A stretch of DNA of 64,000 nucleotides from Dictyostelium discoideum (Eukaryota). Positions 46,708 to 56,949 of the stretch are shown here, one piece after another (position 1 is the first letter of the stretch; each line of letters opens with the position of its first letter). The notes below the pieces were generated by a model that was not told where the DNA came from, did no database searches, and saw only the letters and a program-made list of their open reading frames with translations. Both the position numbers and the translations under genes were made by a program. The DNA lies in NCBI GenBank assembly GCA_000004695.1, contig CM000152.2, positions 4,128,001-4,192,000 on the forward strand, written 5' to 3'.

Positions 46708-46808
46708 TAAATAATAGTAATAATAATAATAATAATATAAATAATAGTAATAATAATAATATTAAAAAAAATAATAATAAAAATAATAATAATGATGATA
46801 ATAATTAA
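45081..46808 (+). CDS. Topors-like C3HC4 RING-finger E3 ubiquitin/SUMO ligase
   Basis: join(45081..45432,45514..46808). The RING spans the intron: CSICLSPFENLTFLDICF(H)QFCFVCILQWSELNQRCPLCKSEY (compare Topors CPICLDRFDNVSYLDRCLHKFCFRCVQEWSKNKAECPLCKQPF). Donor C|GTAAGT, acceptor ttaaAG, phase 1. The acidic N-terminus and poly-N tail are low complexity. Confidence 0.7.
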
Positions 46809-47896
46809 TATTTATTTATTAATAAAAAGTGAAAATAATAGGTTTAAAATTAAATCCCCTTAGATGTAAAAGATCTCTAATTTATTAATTTTTTTTTTTT
46901 TTGTTGTTCTTTATGTCATCGTTCTTTAAATATTTTTTTTTTTTTTAAAAAAAACAAAATGAAGTTTAATATGTTTGTAAATTTTTGAAAAAGAAAAAAA
47001 GAAGAGCAAGAGAGGCGAGTTTGAAAAGAATTGTTGTTGGTTTTGTTCTTTTGAATATTATTTTCCTTACTGTAACGAAATATAGTTTGCTGTAATTTGA
47101 AACAATGATTTAAGTTTTAAAGGAAATTAAGGCCAAGAGACAAGTTCGAGAGATTTGAATTTTTTTTTTTAAAAAAATTATTAAATAATATAGTTACTGA
47201 ATTTTGTAAACAATGATTTATCTTAAATATTAAAATGAAAATGAACCTCCTTTTTTTGATAGGTATTAAAATTTAGTGTACTGGAAATAAAAAAAAATAT
47301 TAGAAAGGTATTTTTTTTTTAAAATGAATTATTATTATTAAACAATTACTATTATTTAAATTACCTGCATTATATACTGTGAATGGAAATATCTGTGCAC
47401 AAAATAAGTGATAGCGACTTTCCAAAAGTTTTTTAAACTAGAACCTTTTTTTGATTGAAAAATAACTTAATTTCATACCATCTTTTTTTTTTGAATAAAT
47501 ACATCCATTGTGAAACTCAATAGATATAATTATTGATTTTGAATTATTTTTTATGGTTTTTATATTTTTTTTTTTCCAAAAAAAAATAATTAAAGATTGT
47601 AATTCCAAAAAATTTCCTTGAAAATATTCACCTTCACTTTTTTTAATCTAGATTAAAAATTATTTTTATTATTGATAAAAAAATAAAAGAAAATAAAATG
47701 AAATTTCACAATTTAAATTAAAAAAAAAAAATAATGATTTTTTTTTATTGGGATTGAATTTCTAAAAAAAAAAAAAATTAAAGAGAAAATAAAAAAATAG
47801 GTTGCAATATTTGTTTTAATTTTCTTTTATTTTTTTTTTTTTTTTTATATATTAAATTATTTAATTTTATTTTTTTATTTAAAGTTAATTTTTTTC

Positions 47897-47931
<35 letters not shown>

Positions 47932-48224
47932 AGCCAACGCGCCAATGCTTTCCCTTGATTCGTCCCAAATTTATTAATTAGTTTGCAATTTTTTTTTTTT
48001 TTTTCACAAGCCAAGCGACCGACCACCCTCCAACGTTAAAAAAAACAATTTTTTTTAACATTTTTCACAATTTTTCATTTTTTTTGAATTTTTTTTTTTT
48101 GTTTTCTCTTCCAATTGGAATTTTATATTTTTTTTTTTCATTTTTTCAAATATTTTTCACAACCAACACCCACACAGATATTTTATTTCAAATAAACGTA
48201 TAAAAAAAAAAAAAAATACAATGG

Positions 48225-49722
48225 ATGAGTATTTTCTATCAATATCACTTAAGTGTTTTAAAAGGAACAAATCCAGAAGCCAAAAATAAAAAAGAAACTG
48301 ATAAAATTGAAAGTATTACAAAAAATTTCATTCTTGGAACTGTTGATGGAAAACAAGTATTACAAAAAAATGGTGAGTATGGTTTTTGAAAAAACAAAAA
48401 AAAAAAAAAAAAAAAAATTTTTAGTTTCCATTTTTCTAATTAATTAATTTTATTTTTATTTTTATTTTTGTTTATATTTATTATTTTTTATTTAATTTTT
48501 ATTTTTTTTTAAATAAATAGTTGCAGGTACATTTAGAATTGTTCCAAAAGAGTCTGAGAAAAATGCAATTTTAAGAGGTAACCATATTGTAGGTGGTGAA
48601 CATTTAAGTAAAACTAGACTCGTCGATAGTTTAAAGGGTCACTTTTGGGCATCAAAAATTCAAGATGTTGAAGCTTTTTTAGGTAAATGTTCAGAATGTT
48701 CATCAATTTATCCACTTAAAGATAAAAAAGAAGATGATGAAGATAAAGAAGAAAAGAAAGAGAAAAAAGATAAAAAAGAAAAGAAGGATGATAAAGAAGA
48801 TAAAGAGGATAAAGAAGAGAAAAAAGATAAAGACGAGAAAAAAAAGAAATCATCAAAGAAATCAAAAGAACCAAGTGATAATGAAACTGAAGAGGAAGAA
48901 GAAGAAGAAGAAGAGGAACCAGAAAAAAAACCAACTAAAAGCAGATCAAGATCATCTTTAGCCGCTGCAACAAAAACTGTAGCTAAAACACCAACTAGAT
49001 CAAAATCATCACTTAAAGAAAATGAAACTAAAGAAAAAGAAACCAAAGAAACCAAAGAAAAAGAAGCTAAAGAAAAAGAAGCTAAAGAAAAAGAAGCTAA
49101 AGAAAAAGAAACCAAAGAAAATGAAACAAAAGAAAAACCAAAAGGTAAAGGAAAAGAAACAAAAGAAAAAGAAAAAGAAAAAGAAAAAGAAAAAGAAAAA
49201 GAAAAAGAAAAAGAAAAAGAAAAAGAAAAGGAAAAGGAAAAGGAAAAGGAAAAAGAAAAAGAAAAAGAAAAAGAAAAGGAAAAGGAAAAAGAAAAGGAAA
49301 AAGAAAAAGAAAAACTAAAGGAAAAAGAAAAAGAAAAAGAAAAAGAAGCATCAGAGGGATCAGATTCAGATTCAGAAACTAAAGAATCTGGTAAAAAGAG
49401 AAAATCACCATCAACAACAGCATCAAAAAAGAAAGCAAAGGTCACAGCCTCTCGTTCAAATGTTACTAATAACACCAAAGAAGAGAGTGGTTCTTCAAAT
49501 GATACTGATGCTTCCTCAGCATCCGATAGTACTGCTCCAGAAGCATCCACTACCACCACCACTACCGAACCAAAGAAATCAATTCCAATGCCATCAAAAT
49601 CTGCTGTCAAATCATCAGCAAAGGTTCAACCAGAACAAAAATTCGGTGATGTTTCAATCACTGAATTAAAATCTGCCTTAGCTGTCATCACAAAAGTTAT
49701 CGAAGCCATGGAAAAGAAATAA
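48225..49722 (+). CDS. Hypothetical protein with a globular N-terminal domain of about 110 aa followed by a long (KE)n / KEKE-repeat acidic-basic region
   Basis: join(48225..48372,48521..49722). The start is the second ATG (48225). The first ATG at 48221 is in another frame and terminates after 22 codons. Donor AAT G|GTGAGT, acceptor aaatAG at 48520. A ttgcAG three nucleotides downstream is an in-frame alternative. The N-terminal domain reads ..GTFRIVPKESEKNAILRGNHIVGGEHLSKTRLVDSLKGHFWASKIQDVEAFLGKCSECSSIYP. It is followed by about 60 KE dipeptides, SDSDSE, and ends ...ELKSALAVITKVIEAMEKK*. Confidence 0.6.
49141..49332. repeat. (GAAAAA/GAAAAG)n hexanucleotide repeat encoding (KE)n
   Basis: Direct reading. 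It also creates the spurious antisense 300-aa (SF)n ORF 48708..49610. Confidence 0.95.
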
Positions 49723-50220
49723 ATAATTATAATTAATAATTAACGACAATATTAAAAACTACAAAAAAAAAAAAAAAAACCAGAAAAAAAAAAAAGAAAT
49801 AAAATAAAAAAAAAAAAATGTAAAGTTAAATCCTTTATTCACCAGCAATCCATATCGAAAAAAATCTTATTTATTTATATATTTTATTTTTATTTTAATT
49901 TTTTTTTTTTTTTTTTTTTTTGTAGTTTTGGAAATTAAAAAAAGATTTTTAAAAATCGTGATTGAAATTAATCTTGTTTTTTGGGTTTGTGGAAAAATAA
50001 AATAAAAAAAAAGAATAGTTGCGAAAATAAAAAAAGGAATTTGAGGAATTGTTTAATCTAAATAGAAAGATTTAAAGTTTTTACCAAAAATAACAACCCC
50101 TTCTTACCAATTTTGATTTTAATTTATTTCATTTATAATTTTTTTTTTTTTTTAGTTATGTTTAATTTTTTTTCTTATAATCTTTAATTTTTTTATTTTT
50201 TTTATAAATAAAAAAACTAC

Positions 50221-50252
<32 letters not shown>

Positions 50253-50285
50253 ATTTTTTATTATCCAAAGCGAGTTTTAATAAAA

Positions 50286-50320
<35 letters not shown>

Positions 50321-50378
50321 AAATTAAATTAAATTAAAAAAAAAAAAAAAAGAATCAATTAATTAAATAGTAATCATA

Positions 50379-51137
50379 ATGTTATTTAATCAATATGTAT
50401 TTAAATATAAACAAGGATTTTATGGTCATAGGGAGTATGATTCAGTTTATTCAATAGCGTTGATTGATAGTTTATCATTACAAGAATTTATTTTTATAGT
50501 TAATAATTTAAATTATAAAATGCCTTATTATCTCTCAATTTTAAATAGTATTGCTTTATTTTTAATTTTCCCAATTAATATATTTTTATTTATATTCCAT
50601 CATAATTCTTGGATACAAACTTTTTTTTTATTATTTTTAATAGTTTTTTCTATTTTTTTATTTTCTATTAATATTTTCGAATTATATTTAGTAAGATTTT
50701 AATTCTTTTTTCTTTCTTTAAATATATAATATTTACCTTTTTTTTTTTTTTTTTTTTTATTACAAATTTTTTTTTTTTATTAATAGCCTAAAAAGAGAAT
50801 AATTACATTTATAGAAGAATTAAATAATGAATATTCAAATAGATTAATTTCATTTCATATTAATCAAGAAGAGGACATTGTTTTATTATATCCATTACCA
50901 GATCATTTTTATAAAAATGTTCCTTTCCCTTTTTTCCAAATACATCAACCAATTCAACAAGATCAAAATCAACAATTACAGGAACCATTACCTGGTAAAC
51001 AATACCAAGAGCAACAAAAACATGAAACATATACTTCAATTGATTTTCAACCAATTATTGAAACAAATCAATATTCCGAGCCATTGTTATCAGAAATTGA
51101 AGAATATACTCCAATAGATTTAAAAGAACAAATTTAA
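50379..51137 (+). CDS. Hypothetical two-exon protein (about 220 aa) with a two-TM hydrophobic N-terminus and a Q/P-rich tail
   Basis: join(50379..50690,50787..51137). Donor TTA|GTAAGA, acceptor taatAG. Exon 2 is GC-richer and open to TAA (…[22 protein letters not shown]). No family recognised. Confidence 0.45.
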
Positions 51138-51326
51138 AAAGTGAAATTTATAAAATAGGATTTGAACCTATTCCATAACAAACTAGATCTTAAAAATTTT
51201 GAAAAAAAAAAAGATAGTTATCTTTTTTAACTATTAAACATACCCAAATAAAATAGATTATCTTATATATTAAAATTATTTTTCTATTTTTTGTTTTTAT
51301 TTTTAATTTAAATAATTATGTTTTAT

Positions 51327-52254
51327 TTATAATAATTTAATGAAATCAAAAGTTTGAACATCATTAGTATTGGTGATAGATTTGAAAGTGATAACAATGT
51401 TACCAGATTCGAATGACCATGACCAATAGCCACTTAAATTAGCATCGTGTTTAATAACGATAGTATGATTTGAAGTTACTTCTTGAACTGCTTCTAAAAT
51501 CATTTCATCTGCACAACGTTTTGAAAGATTTGCTGCTACTTTTTCAACGATACCAGCGAAGATATGACCGAAACTATTCTTTAAATCGTCAGCAACTTTT
51601 GGATAAACAGATTCTAATGATGATTCATCGATTGACCAATCTGATGATGATTTTAATGCTTTTTTAACTGATGATAAATTATCTTTCATTTTTTGTTCGT
51701 TTGTTTTAATATTTAAACGAGTCATTAATGAATAAACACCTTGAGTTTGAATAATTGTTTCTAATTTAAATGTGTTAACATCATTTGTGTTACATATCTT
51801 TGGACGGAATAAAATTTGACAATCACCATTTTCAAATTGATATTTCCAATATGATGATAACTTTTCATCAGCACAAACAAAAACAAATTTTTTATTTGGA
51901 ACTGCAGCTAAGAATGCTTCTTTGATTAAAGGATCTGCACCTACTTTAACCATGTTTTTAGCAAGATTACCAACAACATCTTTATAAAATATACTACCAC
52001 AACTATTTGTAACCCAAGAATCATTACATTTTGCAATAATATCTTCGAAATCAAATTCGATGGCAAATGGTTCCCCTAATGATTTTTCAATTAAGGCTAG
52101 ATTTGTTTTTAAAGATTCTTCATTATCTTTTAATGATTTTCTATAACAAATTGAATTTTTATATTAGTATTTATTTATATTAGGTATTGGTTTTTAATTA
52201 AACTTATTTTTTTAATTTAAATAATAAATACCTTGAAGTTAAAGCGAGAGGCAT
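51327..52254 (-). CDS. Copy 1 of a tandemly repeated gene encoding a 278-aa protein with two internal homologous repeats (unknown family)
   Basis: join(complement(51327..52140,52232..52254)). Exon 1 is ATGCCTCTCGCTTTAACTTCAAG (MPLALTS), with donor GTATTT, a 91-nt intron and acceptor ttatAG. Exon 2 reads KSLKDNEESLKTNLALIEKSLGEPFAIEFDFEDIIAKC..MVKVGADPLIKEAFLAAVP...FDFIKLL*. The internal repeat pairs SSYWKYQFENGDCQILFRPKICNTNDVNTFKLETI with SGYWSWSFESGNIVITFKSITNTNDVQTFDFIKL. Confidence 0.7.
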
Positions 52255-52318
52255 TTTAAAATTTTATTAGTATTTATATTATTTTTTTAAAAAAAAAAAA
52301 GAATTTATTATTTATAGT

Positions 52319-52354
52319 ATGTTTTGATTGAATGATTTGAAAAGAATAAAACAT
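52319..52354. promoter_or_regulatory. Conserved upstream element of array copy 1: atgttttgattgaatgatttgaaaagaataaaacat, with a 7-nt inverted repeat ATGTTTT...AAAACAT
   Basis: The element lies 65-100 nt 5' of the ATG. Near-identical elements sit at the same distance in copies 2 (55107..55142), 3 (57933..57967) and 4 (58261..58295, opposite strand). Confidence 0.35.
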
Positions 52355-52653
52355 TTTGTATTTATACTAAAATAAATTGGAAATAAAATTAATAATTTGA
52401 TTTTAAAAAAAAAAATAGAAAAAAATTAGATTCGGTGGTAAGAAATAATTTGAAAAAAAGATATTTTTATTAATTGGAATGAAAAAAAAAAAAATTTAAA
52501 AAAAAAAAAAAATTTTTAAACAAATATCTTAAGATTTTTTTTTTTTTTTCAAAAAGGAATTATAAATTATTTATTTAAATGTACAACAACTTAATTTAAA
52601 TAGTTTAAAATAGTTTTATATTATTAAATGAATGGTATTTTTAGATAAACAGT

Positions 52654-52940
52654 TTAAAGGTCAACATGAGCATATACTGCTAATATTGGATGGATAATAA
52701 CTAATGCATCAAGGGTTAAAAGAGCAGCATTATTATTAGATTGAGAAGTTCCAACAAAATGAGTTCCTGAAATTTGATTCTTTTGAGATGCACTTTGGAT
52801 ATTAGCAATTGAATTTAATGATTCTATTAGGTTTTTTAATTATTATTATTTTTTTTTTAAAACAATGTTAATTCTTAATTTTTTTTTTTTTTTTTTTTAT
52901 TTTTTTTTTTTTTTTTTTTTTATAACTTACTGAATAACAT
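52654..52940 (-). CDS. Small gene A (59 codons, 10-nt micro-exon 1): MLFKSLNSIANIQSASQKNQISGTHFVGTSQSNNNAALLTLDALVIIHPILAVYAHVDL
   Basis: join(complement(52654..52823,52931..52940)). Exon 1 is ATG TTA TTC A with donor GTAAGT, and the acceptor is cctaatAG. It belongs to an HssA/2C/7E-like small-protein family and forms an inverted pair with small gene B. Confidence 0.55.
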
Positions 52941-53556
52941 TTTAGATTTTTAACAATTTAATACAAGTGTTTGATTATTTTTAATGATTAAAAAAAATAT
53001 TTTTTATTCATTTTATAGTTTTTTTTTTTTAATAATATTATTGTATTTTAAAATTATTATTAAAAGATTTCATATAATTTAATAATGAAAAAATAACCAA
53101 GTGATCAATTTTGATCAGCTTTTGAATCAATTATCTATTCTAATCAGTTAGAATTTATTTATTAAAAATCACAAAATCTGTTATTTAAATTTTGTGGTAT
53201 ATTAATTAATAAAAAAAAAAAAAAGAAAAAAGAAAATTGTAAAAATAAAATTAAACACATTTTAATAAAACCTTTAATGTATTTAAATTCTATTTTTACA
53301 AAAAAATTTAACATCGTTTGTATTAGTGATTGAGATGGCAATTTTTTAAATTGACCATAATGGACATTTAAGAAAAATGTGAATTAAAACAATATTATTT
53401 TTGTTATTGCCAATTAATATTTTTTTTTTTTTTTTTTTTATCTATTAACACAAAAAAATAACAGATTTTGGGGTTTTTTTTTAAAATTTTAAAGTTTTAT
53501 TAATAAAATGATTGGAGATTAAAGTAACTTTTAAAAAATAATAAGTTTATTTATTT

Positions 53557-53588
<32 letters not shown>

Positions 53589-53681
53589 AATAATAATATC
53601 AATAATAAAAAAAACTATAAAATAAAAATTTTATTTTTTTAATTTAATCATTAAAATTAATTAAAATATTAAAAATTTAAA

Positions 53682-53955
53682 ATGTTATTCAGTAAGTTTA
53701 ATAAAAATTATAAAATTTGTAATATTTTTAATATTGAAAACAATTTAATATTAATTATATTAAAAAAATTATAAAAATTATTTAGAATCATTAAACTCAA
53801 TTGCCAATATCCAGAATTCATCTCAAAAGAATCAAATTTCAGGAACTCAATTAATTGGAACTTCTCAATCAAATAATAATGCTGCTCTTTTAACCCTTGA
53901 TGCATTAGTTATTATTCATCCAATATTAGCAGTATATGCTCATGTTGACCTTTAA
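53682..53955 (+). CDS. Small gene B (59 codons): MLFKSLNSIANIQNSSQKNQISGTQLIGTSQSNNNAALLTLDALVIIHPILAVYAHVDL
   Basis: join(53682..53691,53786..53955). Same structure as small gene A, inverted relative to it. The 0.73-kb spacer 52941..53681 lies between their 5' ends. Confidence 0.55.
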
Positions 53956-54116
53956 ACTGTTTTATTAAAAATATTAAAACTATTATAAAATAATTTGTTG
54001 TATTTTTAAATAAATAACTAATTTAATAAATTTTTAAAATTTCTTTTTCTATAAATTTAATCATTAAATTAAAAATAAAAAAATAGAAAAAAATATTTAT
54101 TTATTTAATGTTTTAT

Positions 54117-55047
54117 TTATAACAATTTAATGAAATCAAAAGTTTGAACGTCATTGGTATTGGTAATAGATTTGAAAGTGATAACAATGTTACCAGATTC
54201 GAATGACCATGACCAATAGCCACTTAAGTTAGCATCGTGTTTAATAACGATTGTATGATTTGAAGTTACTTCTTGAACTGCTTCTAAAATCATTTCGTCT
54301 GCACAACGTTTTGAAAGATTGGCTGCTACTTTTTCAACGATACCAGCAAAGATATGACCGAAACTATTCTTTAAATCGTCTGCGACTTTTGGATAAACAG
54401 ATTCTAATGATGATTCATCGATTGACCAATCTGATGATGATTTTAATGCTTTTTTAACTGATGATAAATTATCTTTCATTTTTTGTTCGTTTGTTTTAAT
54501 ATTTAAACGAGTCATTAATGAATAAACACCTTGAGTTTGAATAATTGTTTCTAATTTAAATGTGTTAACATCATTCGTGTTACATATCTTTGGACGGAAC
54601 AAAATTTGACAATCACCATTTTCAAATTGATATTTCCAATATGATGATAACTTTTCATCAGCACAAACAAAAACAAATTTTTTATTTGGAACTGCAGCTA
54701 AGAATGCTTCTTTGATTAATGGATCTGCACCTACTTTAACCATGTTTTTAGCAAGATTACCAACAACATCTTTATAAAATATACTACCACAACTATTTGT
54801 AACCCAAGAATCATTACATTTTGCAATAATATCTTCGAAATCAAATTCAATTGTAAATGTCTCACCTAATGATTTTTCAATTAAGGCTAAATTTGTTTTT
54901 AAAGATTCTTCATTATCTTTTAATGATTTTCTATAATAAATTATATATTTAAATTAGTATTTATTTATATTAAGGCATTGGTTTTTTAATACCTTATTTA
55001 GTTTTAAAACTAAATAATAAATACCTTGAAGTTAAAGCGAGAGGCAT
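54117..55047 (-). CDS. Copy 2 of the tandemly repeated 278-aa gene
   Basis: join(complement(54117..54930,55025..55047)). The protein is identical to copy 1 across the 208-aa ORF (ORF track). Confidence 0.7.
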
Positions 55048-55475
55048 TTTTAAAATTTGATTGTTATTTATTTTATTTAAAAAAAAAAGAATTTGTTATT
55101 TAAAATATATTTTGATTGAATGATTTGAAAAGAATAAAACATTTTGTATTTATACTAAAATAAATTGGAAAAAAAATTAATAATTTGTAGAAAAATAGAA
55201 AAAAAAAAGATTTGATAGTAAGAAATAATTTAAAACAAGATATTTTTAAAAATTGGAATGAAAAAAAAAAATCTAACAAAGATCTTTCATCAAAAAAAAA
55301 AAAAATAAAAAATAAAAAATAAAAAAAAAATAAAAATTTTTAAACAAATATCTGAAGAGGTTTTCTTTTTCTTTTTTTTTTCCCCAAAGGGAATAAATTT
55401 TTATTTAAATGTACAACAACTTAATTTTAATAGTTTTAAATTATTAAATGAAAATGGTATTTTTAGATAAACAGT

Positions 55476-55732
55476 TTAAAGGTCAACATGAGCATATACT
55501 GCTAATATTGGATGAATAATAACTAATGCATCAAGGGTTAAAAGAGCAGCATTATTATTTGATTGAGAAGTTCCAATTAATTGAGTTCCTAAAATTTGAT
55601 TCTTTTGAGATACACTTTGGACATTTGCAATTGAGTTTAATGATTCTATTAAGTTTTTTATAATTTTTTAAAGGTTAGTTTTAAATTGTTTTCAATATTA
55701 ATAATTTTATTATTTAACTTACTGAATAACAT
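55476..55732 (-). CDS. Small gene C (59 codons): MLFKSLNSIANVQSVSQKNQILGTQLIGTSQS...
   Basis: join(complement(55476..55645,55723..55732)). A paralogue of small genes A and B. It carries the TQLIG variant found in copy B. Confidence 0.5.
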
Positions 55733-56499
55733 TTTAGATTTTTAATATTTTTATACAATTTATTAATTTTAATAATTAAATTTAATAAAAAAATTTTATT
55801 TATAGTTTTTTTAATTGATATTATTATTTTTTTGTTTTTTTTTATTTTTTTTTTTTTTTTTTTAACAAATAAACAACCTTATTACTTTTTAAAAGTCGCT
55901 CTAATCTCCAATCATTTTATTAATAAAACTTTAAAATTTTAAAAAAATAAAAAAAAACCCAAAATCTGTTATTTTTTTTTGTGTTAATAGATAAATAAAA
56001 AAAAAAAATAAAAAAAATAAAAAAATAATAATAATTGGCAATAACAAAAATAATATTGTTTTTATTCACATTTTTCTAAAATGTCCATTATGGTCAATTT
56101 AAACAATTGCCATCTCAAACAATAATAAAAATGATGTTCAATTTTTTTCTATAAATACATTAAAGGTGTTATAAAAATGTGTTTAATTTTGTTGTTACCA
56201 TTATTTTATCTTTTTTTTTTTTTTTTTTTTTTTTTTGAATTAATTACCACAAAATTTATATAACGTGTTATGTGGTTTTTAATAAAATTTTTTTACTGAT
56301 TAATAGATAATTGATTCAGATAGCTGATCAAAATTGATCACTTGGTAAATTTTTCATTAAAAAAAATTATATGAAATTTTTTTAAAATAAATTTAAAATA
56401 CAATAATATTATTAAAAAAAAAACTATAAATGAATAAAAAAAAATTTTTTAATCATTAAAAATAATCAAACACTTGTATTAAATTTTTAAAAATCTAAA

Positions 56500-56768
56500 A
56501 TGTTATTCAGTAAGTTATAAAAAAAAAAAAAAAAAAAAAAAAAACTACAAAAAATTAACATTGTTTTAAAAAAAAAAATAATATAAAAAACCTAATAGAA
56601 TCATTAAATTCAATTGCTAATATCCAAAGTGCATCTCAAAAGAATCAAATTTCAGGAACTCAATTAGTTGGAACTTCTCAATCAAATAATAATGCTGCTC
56701 TTTTAACCCTTGATGCATTAGTTATTATTCATCCAATATTAGCAGTATATGCTCATGTTGACCTTTAA
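56500..56768 (+). CDS. Small gene D (59 codons): MLFKSLNSIANIQSASQKNQISGTQLVGTSQSNNNAALLTLDALVIIHPILAVYAHVDL
   Basis: join(56500..56509,56599..56768). It carries the QSAS variant found in copy A. Confidence 0.55.
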
Positions 56769-56949
56769 ACTGTTTAATTAATAATTTCAAAACTATTTTA
56801 AAAAATAATTTGTAGTATATTTAAATAAATAATTAATTTAAAAATTTCATTTTCTTTTATTTTAATTTAATAATTAAAATAAAATCTAAAACTTAATTTT
56901 TAAATAAAAAAAAGAAAAGATTATTTATTTTATTAATTTGATATTTTAT

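Noticed and set aside
48708-49610. 300-aa minus-strand ORF rich in (SF)n and poly-V
   Set aside because: It is the antisense reading of the (GAAAAA)n/(KE)n coding repeat. The composition is implausible and the sense strand has a coherent spliced gene.
51470-51667. 65-68-aa plus-strand ORFs inside each array copy (51470, 54251 and 57084, and the minus-strand 58923)
   Set aside because: They are antisense to the conserved 278-aa gene, and their conservation is explained by the sense-strand gene.
53708-53905. 65-aa minus-strand ORF overlapping small gene B
   Set aside because: It is antisense to the spliced small-peptide gene. It is AT-rich and low complexity, and it is not repeated in frame in the paralogous copies.
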